From positions 46,995 to 110,994 of IMG/VR virus record IMGVR_UViG_3300027747_000004: a stretch of DNA of 64,000 nt; one strand, given 5' to 3'. The DNA is from a virus. Position 1 is the first letter of the stretch, and each line of letters begins with the position of its first letter. Under the pieces are notes generated by a model that searched no databases, was not told the DNA's origin, and saw only the letters and a program-made list of their open reading frames with translations. Made by a program: the position numbers and the translations under genes. Below, in pieces: positions 1-8,567 of the stretch.

Positions 1-1712
1 AATCCAAGGGCGAGATGGCCCCCTACATCATGATGGTGGACGAGCAGTCCAGCGAGGTGATCGGCCTGTACCGCAACTGGGAAGAGGGCGACGACACGAT
101 GACCAAGCTCGACTGGATCGTCGAGTTCAAGTTCATCCCGTGGCGCGGCGTGTTTGCCATCGGCCTGCCCCACCTGATCGGCGGCCTGAGCGCGGCCCTG
201 ACCGGCTCCCTGCGCGCGCTGCTAGACAGCGCCCACATCAACAACGCGGCGACCATGCTCAAGCTCAAGGGTGCCAAGATCAGCGGCCAGACGCAGCAGA
301 TCGAGGTCACTCAGGTGGCCGAGATCGAGGGCGCGCCCGGCGTAGATGACATCCGCAAGATCGCGATGCCCATGCCCTTCAACCCACCCAGCGAGACGCT
401 ATTCAAGCTGTTGGGCTGGCTGGACAGCGCGGCCAAGGGCGTGGTCACCACGTCCGAGGAGAAGATCGCCGATGTCAATGCTAACGCTCCGGTAGGTACT
501 ACCCAAGCGTTGATTGAGCAGGGCGCTGCCGTCTACTCCGCAATCCACGCGCGCCTGCACCAGTCGCAGGCTCGCCTGATCAAGGTGCTGTGCCGCCTGA
601 ACCGCTGGCACTTCAAGGAAATGCGCAAGGGCGACATGGTCGCGGACCTTGAGATCGAGCGCGAGGACTTCGAGCGCAACACCGACGTCATCCCGGTCAG
701 CGACCCGCACATCTTTAGCGAAACCCAGCGCATGGCGCAGATGCAGGCCGTGTTGGCCCGCGCGGACGCCAAGCCAGACCTGTACGACGCCAAAGCCGTG
801 GAGGAGCGTTTCCTCAAGCAGATCAAGATTCCCAACGTCAGCGAGCTGCTCAAGGACGTGCCCGAGCCCGAGCAGCGCACTTTGGCCGACGAGAACGCGG
901 CGATGTCCATGGGCCACCCGGCGTATGCCTACATGCAGCAGGACCACATCGCGCACATCCAAGGCCACCTAATGTTTGGCCTAGACCCGAGCTTTGGCGG
1001 CAACCCGCTAATCGCGCCAAACTACCAGCCCAACGCGATTGAACACATCAAGCAGCACATTACGCTGTGGTACCTCAACCGCATGAACGGCTACGTCATT
1101 AACCTGCGCGGCGGCAAGCCGGTGGACGACTATGAAAATCCGCACCTGACCGCCACCATCGACAAACTGTACGCCACCGTCGGCGAGCACGTCGCGTTGG
1201 ACGGCCAGATGGTGTTCCAGCAGATCCTGCCGCAACTTCAACAGATGCAGCAGGCAATGCAACAGAACAAGCCACAACCCCAACTGCCGCCCGATGCCCA
1301 GGTGGTCAAGGACACCGCGATGGCCGAGACCCAGCGCAAAGCGGCCAAGGACCAGCAGGAGATGCAGCTCGCCCAAGCCAAGCTGCAGGACAGCCAACAG
1401 CGCACCCAGGCCGAGATGCAGGCCAACGCGCAGAAGGCCCAGCAGGACACGCAGGTCAACATGCAGAAGGCCCAGCAGGACGCCCAGCTCAAGATGCAGG
1501 ACCTCCAGGCAACGTCTCAGGCCAAGCTGCAGGACACGCAGGTCGATATCCAAGCACGCGAGCAAGAGTCCATGCGCAATGCGCAACTACAATTGGAACT
1601 AGAGCGCATGCACGACCAGACGCAGATTGACATTACAAACGCAAAGTTAACCCACGAAACCATACAGAGTATGGTCCAACCCCAAGGAGCTCCAGATGGC
1701 AACCTCGAATAA
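1..1712 (+). CDS. Portal protein, copy 1 (5'-truncated by the window edge)
   Basis: Collinear homolog of the C-terminal two-thirds of 54283..56778 (shared KLDW-x-x-EFKFIPWRG, GLPHLIGGLS, APVGTTQALIEQG, DVIPVSDP); Q-rich C-terminus; reading frame is open upstream of position 15. Confidence 0.88.
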   Translation, partial: SKGEMAPYIMMVDEQSSEVIGLYRNWEEGDDTMTKLDWIVEFKFIPWRGVFAIGLPHLIGGLSAALTGSLRALLDSAHINNAATMLKLKGAKISGQTQQIEVTQVAEIEGAPGVDDIRKIAMPMPFNPPSETLFKLLGWLDSAAKGVVTTSEEKIADVNANAPVGTTQALIEQGAAVYSAIHARLHQSQARLIKVLCRLNRWHFKEMRKGDMVADLEIEREDFERNTDVIPVSDPHIFSETQRMAQMQAVLARADAKPDLYDAKAVEERFLKQIKIPNVSELLKDVPEPEQRTLADENAAMSMGHPAYAYMQQDHIAHIQGHLMFGLDPSFGGNPLIAPNYQPNAIEHIKQHITLWYLNRMNGYVINLRGGKPVDDYENPHLTATIDKLYATVGEHVALDGQMVFQQILPQLQQMQQAMQQNKPQPQLPPDAQVVKDTAMAETQRKAAKDQQEMQLAQAKLQDSQQRTQAEMQANAQKAQQDTQVNMQKAQQDAQLKMQDLQATSQAKLQDTQVDIQAREQESMRNAQLQLELERMHDQTQIDITNAKLTHETIQSMVQPQGAPDGNLE

Positions 1713-1851
1713 CTCTCAGACCGGCGAGCTGGTCAAGCAACACCACCGCCTGGCCATGGGTGAGAAGCTCAACGGCCAGAGCCTGCAGCCCAAGGGCGGC
1801 ACCAGCAAGCCCGCTGGCGGCTTGAGCGCGCTGGCCAAGAAGAATAAGTGA
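1696..1851 (+). CDS. Small basic protein, 51 aa (MATSNNSQTGELVKQHHRLAMGEK...)
   Basis: Translated by hand; AGGAG at 1685-1689; H-x-R-x-AMGE motif shared with the syntenic ORF 56780..57121. Confidence 0.7.
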   Translation: MATSNNSQTGELVKQHHRLAMGEKLNGQSLQPKGGTSKPAGGLSALAKKNK

Positions 1852-2018
1852 TCTCTGAACTTATTCACCAGATCCAGGTCAGGCAGGCGGAGCTTCGCCT
1901 GGCGCTGGTTCAAAACCCCGTGGGCGACCACGCTACATACACACGCATCGTTGGTGAGTACCAGGGCCTGCAATGGGTAATGGACGCACTAAACCAAAAA
2001 CTCGCTGAGAACGAATAA
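1848..2018 (+). CDS. Small hypothetical protein, 56 aa, GTG start (MISELIHQIQVRQAEL...)
   Basis: Translated by hand; GTGA overlap with the upstream stop; homologous to 57121..57306 (Y-x-R-x-x-G-x-x-x-GL). Confidence 0.7.
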   Translation: MISELIHQIQVRQAELRLALVQNPVGDHATYTRIVGEYQGLQWVMDALNQKLAENE

Positions 2019-2077
2019 GGCAGCAATGCCCCAAGCCGCGCTGAGATATGCGCATTTTCAAACCTGAAATATGGTTT
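2019..2077 (+). promoter_or_regulatory. Three-hairpin leader upstream of the GroES-like gene
   Basis: GGCA-GCAA-TGCC, GCGC-TGAGATAT-GCGC and AAACC-TGAAATAT-GGTTT, just upstream of AGGAG (2086-2090). Confidence 0.5.
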
Positions 2078-2095
2078 TTGTCGATAGGAGTGAGT

Positions 2096-2554
2096 ATGAG
2101 CGAGAAAGAAAAGATACCTACCATTGGTGGTGTCCAACAAGAGTCCGACCCAACTGAGCTGGCGTGGGCATTTCCAGACGTTTTACCCGGGCAAGCCCCG
2201 CTAGGTGGCCGCGTCATTGTCCAACTTCGCCGCATCAAGAAAAATGCCGGAAAGATTATCCTGGTCGAGGAGACCAAGGAGAATGAGAAGTGGAACAACA
2301 TGATCGGCAGGGTGGTCGCGATTGGTCCTTTGGCCTACCGCAACCGCGACACCATGCAGGTGTGGCCCGAAGGAAGTTGGGCTGAGATCGGTGACTACGT
2401 GCGCGTGCCTCGGTGGGGCGGGGATCGCTGGGAGCGACCCGTGCTTAACGAAGAAAACGGCGACCTGAACCCGGTCCTGTTCATGACAATCAACGACCAC
2501 GAGGTGATTGCGAAGGTCACTGACGACCCGTTGTCATTTAAAGCCTACGTTTAA
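2096..2554 (+). CDS. GroES-like co-chaperonin, copy 1
   Basis: PLGGRVIVQ...GKIIL...GRVVAIGP...IGDYV...DHEVIAKV fits the Cpn10 pattern; ATG at 2096 follows an SD. Confidence 0.75.
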   Translation: MSEKEKIPTIGGVQQESDPTELAWAFPDVLPGQAPLGGRVIVQLRRIKKNAGKIILVEETKENEKWNNMIGRVVAIGPLAYRNRDTMQVWPEGSWAEIGDYVRVPRWGGDRWERPVLNEENGDLNPVLFMTINDHEVIAKVTDDPLSFKAYV

Positions 2555-2563
2555 GGAAATACC

Positions 2564-3532
2564 ATGGTTACAAATACCGAAAAAGATGATGTTTTGCACG
2601 TGCAGGAAGGCCAAGACGGCACCGCCACGGTAGAACTGCCTGAGGGCATCCTGCCCCAAGACGACAACAACGACGATAAAACGCCCAATAACGCCCAATC
2701 CGACGACGGAAGCGATGACGACCACCCGGACGACAGCGACGCGGTGCGCGCAGCACGCCGCGCACGCCGCCGGTCCAAGAAAGACCTCATCCGCAAGACC
2801 AACGAAGAGAAGGATATTCGCCTGCAGGCCATCCAACGCGAGAACGAGGAGCTGCGAAACCGGCTTTCGCGCGTGGAACAGAAGACTCAGGCTTACGACG
2901 TGGGCCGAATTGAGAAGGCAATTGAGGACCAGCAGGTGCGCATGGAGTATGCGCGCATGAAATTGGCCGAGGCAACCGGTTCTGGTGACGGCGACGGCGC
3001 TGTAAAGGCGCAGGAACTGCTTTACGAGGCCCGAGACAGCCTTCGGCAGCTCGATGCCCTGCGCAGGCAGGCAAATCAGCCCGCGCAACCCGCGGCTCCG
3101 GCCGTAGATTACACCGTGCAACGCCACGCGACCACCTGGATTGAGCGAAACTCATGGTACAAACCCGATTTATCGGATACTGACAGCAAAATCGCAAAAG
3201 TAATCGACGAAGACCTCGTAAAAGAGGGCTGGAACCCCGGAACTGACGATTATTGGGACGAATTAGACTCCCGCTTGCAAAAAAGATTGCCGCATCGCTA
3301 TAATGATTCGTCAGATAAACGTGATACCGACCGACGAACACCAAGGAACACCGTGGGAAGCTCAGGACGTGAAGCATCAGCCGCATACGGGGGCACAAAC
3401 CGCACCTTTACCCTCACCGCTGAACAAGTGCGTGCGATGAAGGACGCGGGTATGTGGGATAACCCCGAAAAACGCGCAAAGATGATCAAACGATACGCAG
3501 CAGAATCCCGTAACAATTCCCGGAGTAACTAA
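2564..3532 (+). CDS. Putative capsid scaffolding protein, copy 1
   Basis: Acidic N-terminus, long coiled coil, position between portal and capsid genes; homolog at 57734..58723. Confidence 0.6.
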   Translation: MVTNTEKDDVLHVQEGQDGTATVELPEGILPQDDNNDDKTPNNAQSDDGSDDDHPDDSDAVRAARRARRRSKKDLIRKTNEEKDIRLQAIQRENEELRNRLSRVEQKTQAYDVGRIEKAIEDQQVRMEYARMKLAEATGSGDGDGAVKAQELLYEARDSLRQLDALRRQANQPAQPAAPAVDYTVQRHATTWIERNSWYKPDLSDTDSKIAKVIDEDLVKEGWNPGTDDYWDELDSRLQKRLPHRYNDSSDKRDTDRRTPRNTVGSSGREASAAYGGTNRTFTLTAEQVRAMKDAGMWDNPEKRAKMIKRYAAESRNNSRSN

Positions 3533-3534
3533 TC

Positions 3535-4083
3535 ATGACCGAATCACGTCTCAAAAAATCTCTCAATGCTGGTGGACGCCAAGATCGCGCAAGCGAGGAC
3601 GCAACCCGCGCAGCACCCGAAGATAAGTTCATTTCAACGCAGGAACGTCGCAAGATGTGGAGCGAAGAGTGGACGCAATCAGCACTGCCCAAACTGCCCA
3701 CATTTGACGGGTGGCATCTTTGCTGGCTTTCAACATCCAACAGCTACGACTCCATTGATAAGCGGATTCGCCTAGGGTACGTTCCAGTTAAATCTGAAGA
3801 GTTACCGGGTTATGAAGACTATCGTGTAAAGGCCGGCGAGCATGTTGGTTACATTTCCTGTAACGAGATGTTGCTGTTCAAGTTACCCATGGACGTTTAC
3901 CAAGAGATCATGATGCACATGCACCACGATCAACCCATCGAAGAGGCGGAGAAAATTCGCGTCCAGGTGGAACAACTCCAAGGTGCACGCGACAGCAATG
4001 GTAAATCGTTGGTAGGCGTTGAAGGCGAAGGATTGGGCAATTTTGATAGGCAACCAAACAAACTACCGGTATTTGCCGGTTAA
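3535..4083 (+). CDS. Conserved head-module hypothetical protein, copy 1
   Basis: HLCWLS...RLGY-x-PVK...CNEMLL shared with 58726..59259. Confidence 0.7.
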   Translation: MTESRLKKSLNAGGRQDRASEDATRAAPEDKFISTQERRKMWSEEWTQSALPKLPTFDGWHLCWLSTSNSYDSIDKRIRLGYVPVKSEELPGYEDYRVKAGEHVGYISCNEMLLFKLPMDVYQEIMMHMHHDQPIEEAEKIRVQVEQLQGARDSNGKSLVGVEGEGLGNFDRQPNKLPVFAG

Positions 4084-4096
4084 CTAAGGAGTTAAT

Positions 4097-4696
4097 ATGA
4101 GTGCTACCTCTGCTCCGTTTGGCCTTCGCCCCGCGTTTCACCCTTCGGGTCTGGATCGCGCACAAGCGCTGGCTGGCGGTATTACATCGGGTTATGCAAC
4201 CCAAATCTTGAAGGGCCAACCCGTTGCCTACTCGGCTTCGGCAGGTGTCATCGTTCCCCTCACTACCGCCCCTGCTGCTGGCTCTGCCGTAGCCTGGTCC
4301 GGTGCCTTTGCTGGCGTTGAGTGGACCGATACCACCGGTCGTCGTCGCGTGTCCAACTACTGGCCCGCAAGCACCGCGTACCAAACTGGTTCGTGCGTCG
4401 CTTATTTCTACAACGACAACAACATCGTTTACGAAATCCAAGCAGACGGTTCGATGGCTCAAACCACAATTGGTAACGAGTACAACTTCACCAATACCAC
4501 CTCTGGTTCTTCCACAACCGGTCTGTCGCAATGCACTTTGGGTGCTTCGACTGCTGCTGGTAACGGTACCCAAGGCCAAATGCGCGTGGTTGATCTTAGT
4601 CAAGCGGTGGATAACGCGTGGGGCGACGCCTACACCGTTGTTCGTGTCGTTAACGCGCAGTCGCAGTTCTTCGGCGCTTTCACTGCTATCGCATAA
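4097..4696 (+). CDS. Putative capsid decoration/cement protein, copy 1
   Basis: Beta-rich, A/T/G-rich, APFGLRP N-terminus, directly upstream of the major capsid gene; strong SD. Confidence 0.6.
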   Translation: MSATSAPFGLRPAFHPSGLDRAQALAGGITSGYATQILKGQPVAYSASAGVIVPLTTAPAAGSAVAWSGAFAGVEWTDTTGRRRVSNYWPASTAYQTGSCVAYFYNDNNIVYEIQADGSMAQTTIGNEYNFTNTTSGSSTTGLSQCTLGASTAAGNGTQGQMRVVDLSQAVDNAWGDAYTVVRVVNAQSQFFGAFTAIA

Positions 4697-4708
4697 GGAG
4701 AATAAATA

Positions 4709-5623
4709 ATGGCTGCACCAATGAGAAGTACGGACTTTCGTTCAATCGTCGAACCGATTTTGAACGAATGCTTCGACGGCGTTTACGACCAACGCGCTGA
4801 TGAATGGTCTCGTGTCTTCCGCGAGGAAGACGGTATCCCCCGCAACTACCACGAAGAACCCGTCCTTTACGGTTTCGGCGCGGCACCCCAACTGCCTGAC
4901 GGCACCCCGGTGACGTACCAACAAGGTGGCGTGTTGTTCCTGAAGCGCTATGTCTACAAGGTCTACGGTCTGGCTTTTGCCTTGACCAAGGTCCTGGTGG
5001 AAGACGGCGACCACATCCGCTTGGGCCAAGTGTACGCACGTCATTTGGCACAGTCGCTAGTGGAGACCAAGGAACTGCTGTCCGCTAACGTCTTGAACGT
5101 GGCATTCAACAGCTCCTACCCCGGTGGCGACGGCGTGCCTTTGATCAGCACCGCCCACCCCATCGTGAACGGTACCTTCAGCAACCAGTTGGCCACCGCC
5201 GCTGTTCTGTCCCAGACATCTCTTGAGCAGATGCTGATCCAGATCCGCCAGGCAGTGGACAACAACGGCAAACGTATCCGCTTGGTGCCACGTCAGTTGG
5301 TCGTTGCCCCCGGCAACGTGTTCCAAGCTGAGGTGCTGCTGAAGTCGGTCCTGCGCACCGGCAACGCCAACAACGACATCAACCCGGTGAAATCCATCGG
5401 CTTGTTGGATGAGGGCGCTGCCGTTCTGTCTCGCTTGACCAGCGCCAACGCATGGTGGGTCCAGACCGATGCACCCGAGGGCTTCAAGCTCTTGATGCGT
5501 CGTCGTCTGGAAAAGACCATGGAAGGCGACTTCGAGACCGACTCGATGCGCTACAAGGCTACCGAGCGTTATGATGTGGGCTTCACTGACCCCCGTTGCG
5601 CTTACGGCACACCTGGTATCTAA
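4709..5623 (+). CDS. Major capsid protein, copy 1
   Basis: 304 aa, strong SD (AAGGAG), followed by a terminator; GGDGV..L.STAHP and GDFETDSMRYKATERY..G.TDPR..YG.PG motifs typical of this capsid class. Confidence 0.85.
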   Translation: MAAPMRSTDFRSIVEPILNECFDGVYDQRADEWSRVFREEDGIPRNYHEEPVLYGFGAAPQLPDGTPVTYQQGGVLFLKRYVYKVYGLAFALTKVLVEDGDHIRLGQVYARHLAQSLVETKELLSANVLNVAFNSSYPGGDGVPLISTAHPIVNGTFSNQLATAAVLSQTSLEQMLIQIRQAVDNNGKRIRLVPRQLVVAPGNVFQAEVLLKSVLRTGNANNDINPVKSIGLLDEGAAVLSRLTSANAWWVQTDAPEGFKLLMRRRLEKTMEGDFETDSMRYKATERYDVGFTDPRCAYGTPGI

Positions 5624-5639
5624 TACCAGCAAAGGCCTT

Positions 5640-5671
5640 GGCGGGGGGCCTTAATCCCCCGCCCCATTTTT
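5640..5671 (+). terminator. Rho-independent terminator after capsid copy 1
   Basis: GGCGGGGG/CCCCCGCC stem followed by a T run. Confidence 0.7.
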
Positions 5672-5702
5672 AACATCGGTCAAACTTTTCAAGGAGCAGA
5701 CC

Positions 5703-6953
5703 ATGCCTCAATTCGCAGATGACATCTTTCTGGGCGGTAACAACGGCCAGACCTACATGGGCACCGGCAACTACCCTGCCACGTCCGTATTTACCGGCCG
5801 TATTGCTACGACCACCCTTACCGTATATTCGACCCAGTCCGGTGACCCTTTGGTAGTTGGCCAGTACATTACCGGCTCTAGCGTAACCGCCAACTCCTAC
5901 ATCACCGCTGACCTCGGACAGGATAGCTCTGGTCGCAATACTTATACCCTGTCTCAGTCATCTACCGTGTCGTCCAACACAACTATGACGGCCGCTGGCA
6001 ACGCCTTGCTGGGCGATCCTTCGCCGATGTCTTTGGGCGTTGGTCCTTTGGGCCGCATCTACGTGTTTGACACCGTGCCCCAGACCCTGCAGGCCGCAAA
6101 CATCGCTGCATCGCAAACTCAAACTGCTGCAGGCGCGTTGACCCTGACTGCCGGTACCTCGGCTCGATCTGTGACCCGCAGCGATGGCACCACGGTGATT
6201 CAGTTGGACGTTCCTCGTGCAACCAGCGTCACGACCGGTACAGCAACCGGAACGGCTTTGGCTGGCGTGGCCACGACTGGCACCGGCGGCCAGATCTCGT
6301 TCACGTCTAATACCAGCGTGTACACCGGCCAGTACGTGACCGTGTCTGGCACCGCAGGCGGTACCGGTTCGATTACTGGCTACAGCAACCCTACGACCTA
6401 CATCCTGTCTGCCGTAACCGCTACTACCGCGACCCTGTTGACCACCGCAAGCGGTGCTGTTGCATCTACCGCGGGTACGATTACTGGCCTGACCTTTACC
6501 CTGGGCGCGGCTCCCCGCGCTATGACGGTTGCGGGCTACGACTACTACGGCCAGGCCATGAGCGAGGTTATCACCAGCAGCTCTTCGGTCAGCACCGCAG
6601 TCAGCGGCAAGAAAGCGTTCTACCAGATCTCTTCTATCACCAGCGCAGGTGCAACCGGAACTGCGGTAACCGCAGGAACCACCGACGTGATTGGTTTGCC
6701 AGTCCGCGTGACGGACGCAGGCTACGTGATCAAGGTGGGCTGGAACAACGCCCTGCTGCAGAATGCTGGTACCTTCACGGCCGCCGACATGACATTGCCA
6801 GCTACCACTACCACAGGTGACGTGCGCGGCACATTCTTGCCTACCACAGCCTCTGATGGCACCAAGCGTTTGGTCATGTCCATCGCTGTGCCCGGTATCG
6901 CAGTCGGACCCAATGCAACCCGCACTGGTGCCCTTGGTGTAACCCAAGCCTAA
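5703..6953 (+). CDS. Thr/Ser/Gly-rich virion structural protein (head fibre/decoration-like), copy 1
   Basis: Beta-rich composition; GYDYYGQ-x-MSE and DVRGT motifs shared with 60869..62191. Confidence 0.6.
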   Translation: MPQFADDIFLGGNNGQTYMGTGNYPATSVFTGRIATTTLTVYSTQSGDPLVVGQYITGSSVTANSYITADLGQDSSGRNTYTLSQSSTVSSNTTMTAAGNALLGDPSPMSLGVGPLGRIYVFDTVPQTLQAANIAASQTQTAAGALTLTAGTSARSVTRSDGTTVIQLDVPRATSVTTGTATGTALAGVATTGTGGQISFTSNTSVYTGQYVTVSGTAGGTGSITGYSNPTTYILSAVTATTATLLTTASGAVASTAGTITGLTFTLGAAPRAMTVAGYDYYGQAMSEVITSSSSVSTAVSGKKAFYQISSITSAGATGTAVTAGTTDVIGLPVRVTDAGYVIKVGWNNALLQNAGTFTAADMTLPATTTTGDVRGTFLPTTASDGTKRLVMSIAVPGIAVGPNATRTGALGVTQA

Positions 6954-6966
6954 GGAGTGAAATACC

Positions 6967-8523
6967 ATGGCAACAAAGAAATCTAGCGGCGGTTTCGCCC
7001 AGATGCCTAAGATGATGACCAATGAGCCCTCGGCCATTCTGAAGCTGAAAAAAGGTGGCCACGTAGCTTCGGCTCACAAGGACGAGCATGGCCACACCAA
7101 CATGAAGGGTGATGCCTTCAAGGCCAAGTACGCCATGGACAAGGCAGAAGATGGCGCGGCTCCCAAAAAGCCGTCCATGGCCGAACGTCGCAAAGCGATG
7201 TCCGGTGCCCTGCTTAACTCCAAGAAGGGTGGCAAAGTTGCAAAGCATGAAGATGCCGCGCAGGACCGCGCCATGATCAAGAAGGCCCTGGCAGGCAAGA
7301 AGTTTGCTGCTGGCGGCACCATTAAGGGTAATGCTGGCAAGTTTGCTAAGACCAAAGTCGTTGACGGTGACAAAAAAGACACCGCCAAGGGCACCGGTGT
7401 TGTGAAGATGGGCAAGCCCGCTGGTTACAAAACCGGCGGAACCATTGAAGGCAACGCTGGCAAGTTTGTCAAGACCAAAGTGGTTGGTGGCGACAAGACC
7501 GACAAAGCACACGGTACCAAGGGTATCAAAGAGGGCCAGCCTGCTGGTTTCAAAAAGGGCGGCAAGATTGGTTGGGAAAATCGCCCAGCCGATGATGGCG
7601 ACCATTTTGACCCGGCTCATGGTACTGGTGGCGTGCGCGAAGGCAACGCTGGCGGCTACAAAAAAGGCGGTGCTGCAAAAAAGCATTTTGCCACGGGGGG
7701 CAGCGTTAATGATGCTGGCCGCGCCGTGGCAATGCCCCGCAAACCTGTGTCTCGTCCCGTAGCAAACAGCTTGCAATCTGGCACCTTCAAAAAAGGTGGC
7801 AAGGTCAAGAAGTATGCTGATGGCGGTAATGTTAGTGGTGGCATGGGCGGCACGGGTGGTACTACGCCGATGGATTACGCAATATCATCAAACCAATCTG
7901 CGTCAGTGCCGGGCGCACCTATAGGTGCAACTTTTGATGGCCCGGCACCGATGAATCCTTTTGGAGGCATGAATCCCAACATCGGCAAACCCGGCGCAAC
8001 AATCATGCCAACCATGGGAACAACTTCGCCAGTTCCCGCTGACCTGCAACAACAAGGACAGCAAGCGGCAATGCAGAAAGCGGCAATGCAGCAAGCGGCA
8101 ATGCAGCAACCACCTATGAGTCAGCAGCAGCTAATGCAGCGTGCCCCAATGGGTGGCTTTGGTGGTATGCGCCCCCCAATGGGCGGAATGCGTCCTCCGA
8201 TGGGTAACATGCGTCCAATGCCGGTTGCCTACAATCCGAACGGCGCTACCAAGCTGTACAAAAAAGGCGGTAAGGTCAAGAAATTCGACATCGGTGGAAG
8301 CACTGGCAACGACATTCAAGATCTGTCCAATGGCGCGTATGCTGGAACCTACAAGAACCAGCGTGATGAAAACGAACGCGACCGAGAAGCCATCTTGGGG
8401 GCACCAGGAAGGGCGTATGATGCTGTCAAACGTCTGCTTGGAGGAAAGCCTGGCGCGGGAGCCGGTCGTGGGATGGTGAACCCGCCTATGGCCAAAAAAC
8501 GCGGTGGCGGCGCTAAGTGCTAA
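6967..8523 (+). CDS. Lys/Gly-rich repeat protein (KKGG motifs), putative internal core protein, copy 1
   Basis: About 12 x-[AK]-x-GG motifs; very basic; SD AAGGAG. Confidence 0.7.
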   Translation: MATKKSSGGFAQMPKMMTNEPSAILKLKKGGHVASAHKDEHGHTNMKGDAFKAKYAMDKAEDGAAPKKPSMAERRKAMSGALLNSKKGGKVAKHEDAAQDRAMIKKALAGKKFAAGGTIKGNAGKFAKTKVVDGDKKDTAKGTGVVKMGKPAGYKTGGTIEGNAGKFVKTKVVGGDKTDKAHGTKGIKEGQPAGFKKGGKIGWENRPADDGDHFDPAHGTGGVREGNAGGYKKGGAAKKHFATGGSVNDAGRAVAMPRKPVSRPVANSLQSGTFKKGGKVKKYADGGNVSGGMGGTGGTTPMDYAISSNQSASVPGAPIGATFDGPAPMNPFGGMNPNIGKPGATIMPTMGTTSPVPADLQQQGQQAAMQKAAMQQAAMQQPPMSQQQLMQRAPMGGFGGMRPPMGGMRPPMGNMRPMPVAYNPNGATKLYKKGGKVKKFDIGGSTGNDIQDLSNGAYAGTYKNQRDENERDREAILGAPGRAYDAVKRLLGGKPGAGAGRGMVNPPMAKKRGGGAKC

Positions 8524-8524
8524 C

Positions 8525-8550
8525 AGCAGGGGCTTCGGCCCCTGCTTTTT
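8525..8550 (+). terminator. Rho-independent terminator with UUCG tetraloop
   Basis: AGCAGGGGC-TTCG-GCCCCTGCT followed by TTTT. Confidence 0.9.
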
Positions 8551-8567
8551 AATTATTAGGTGAAAAA

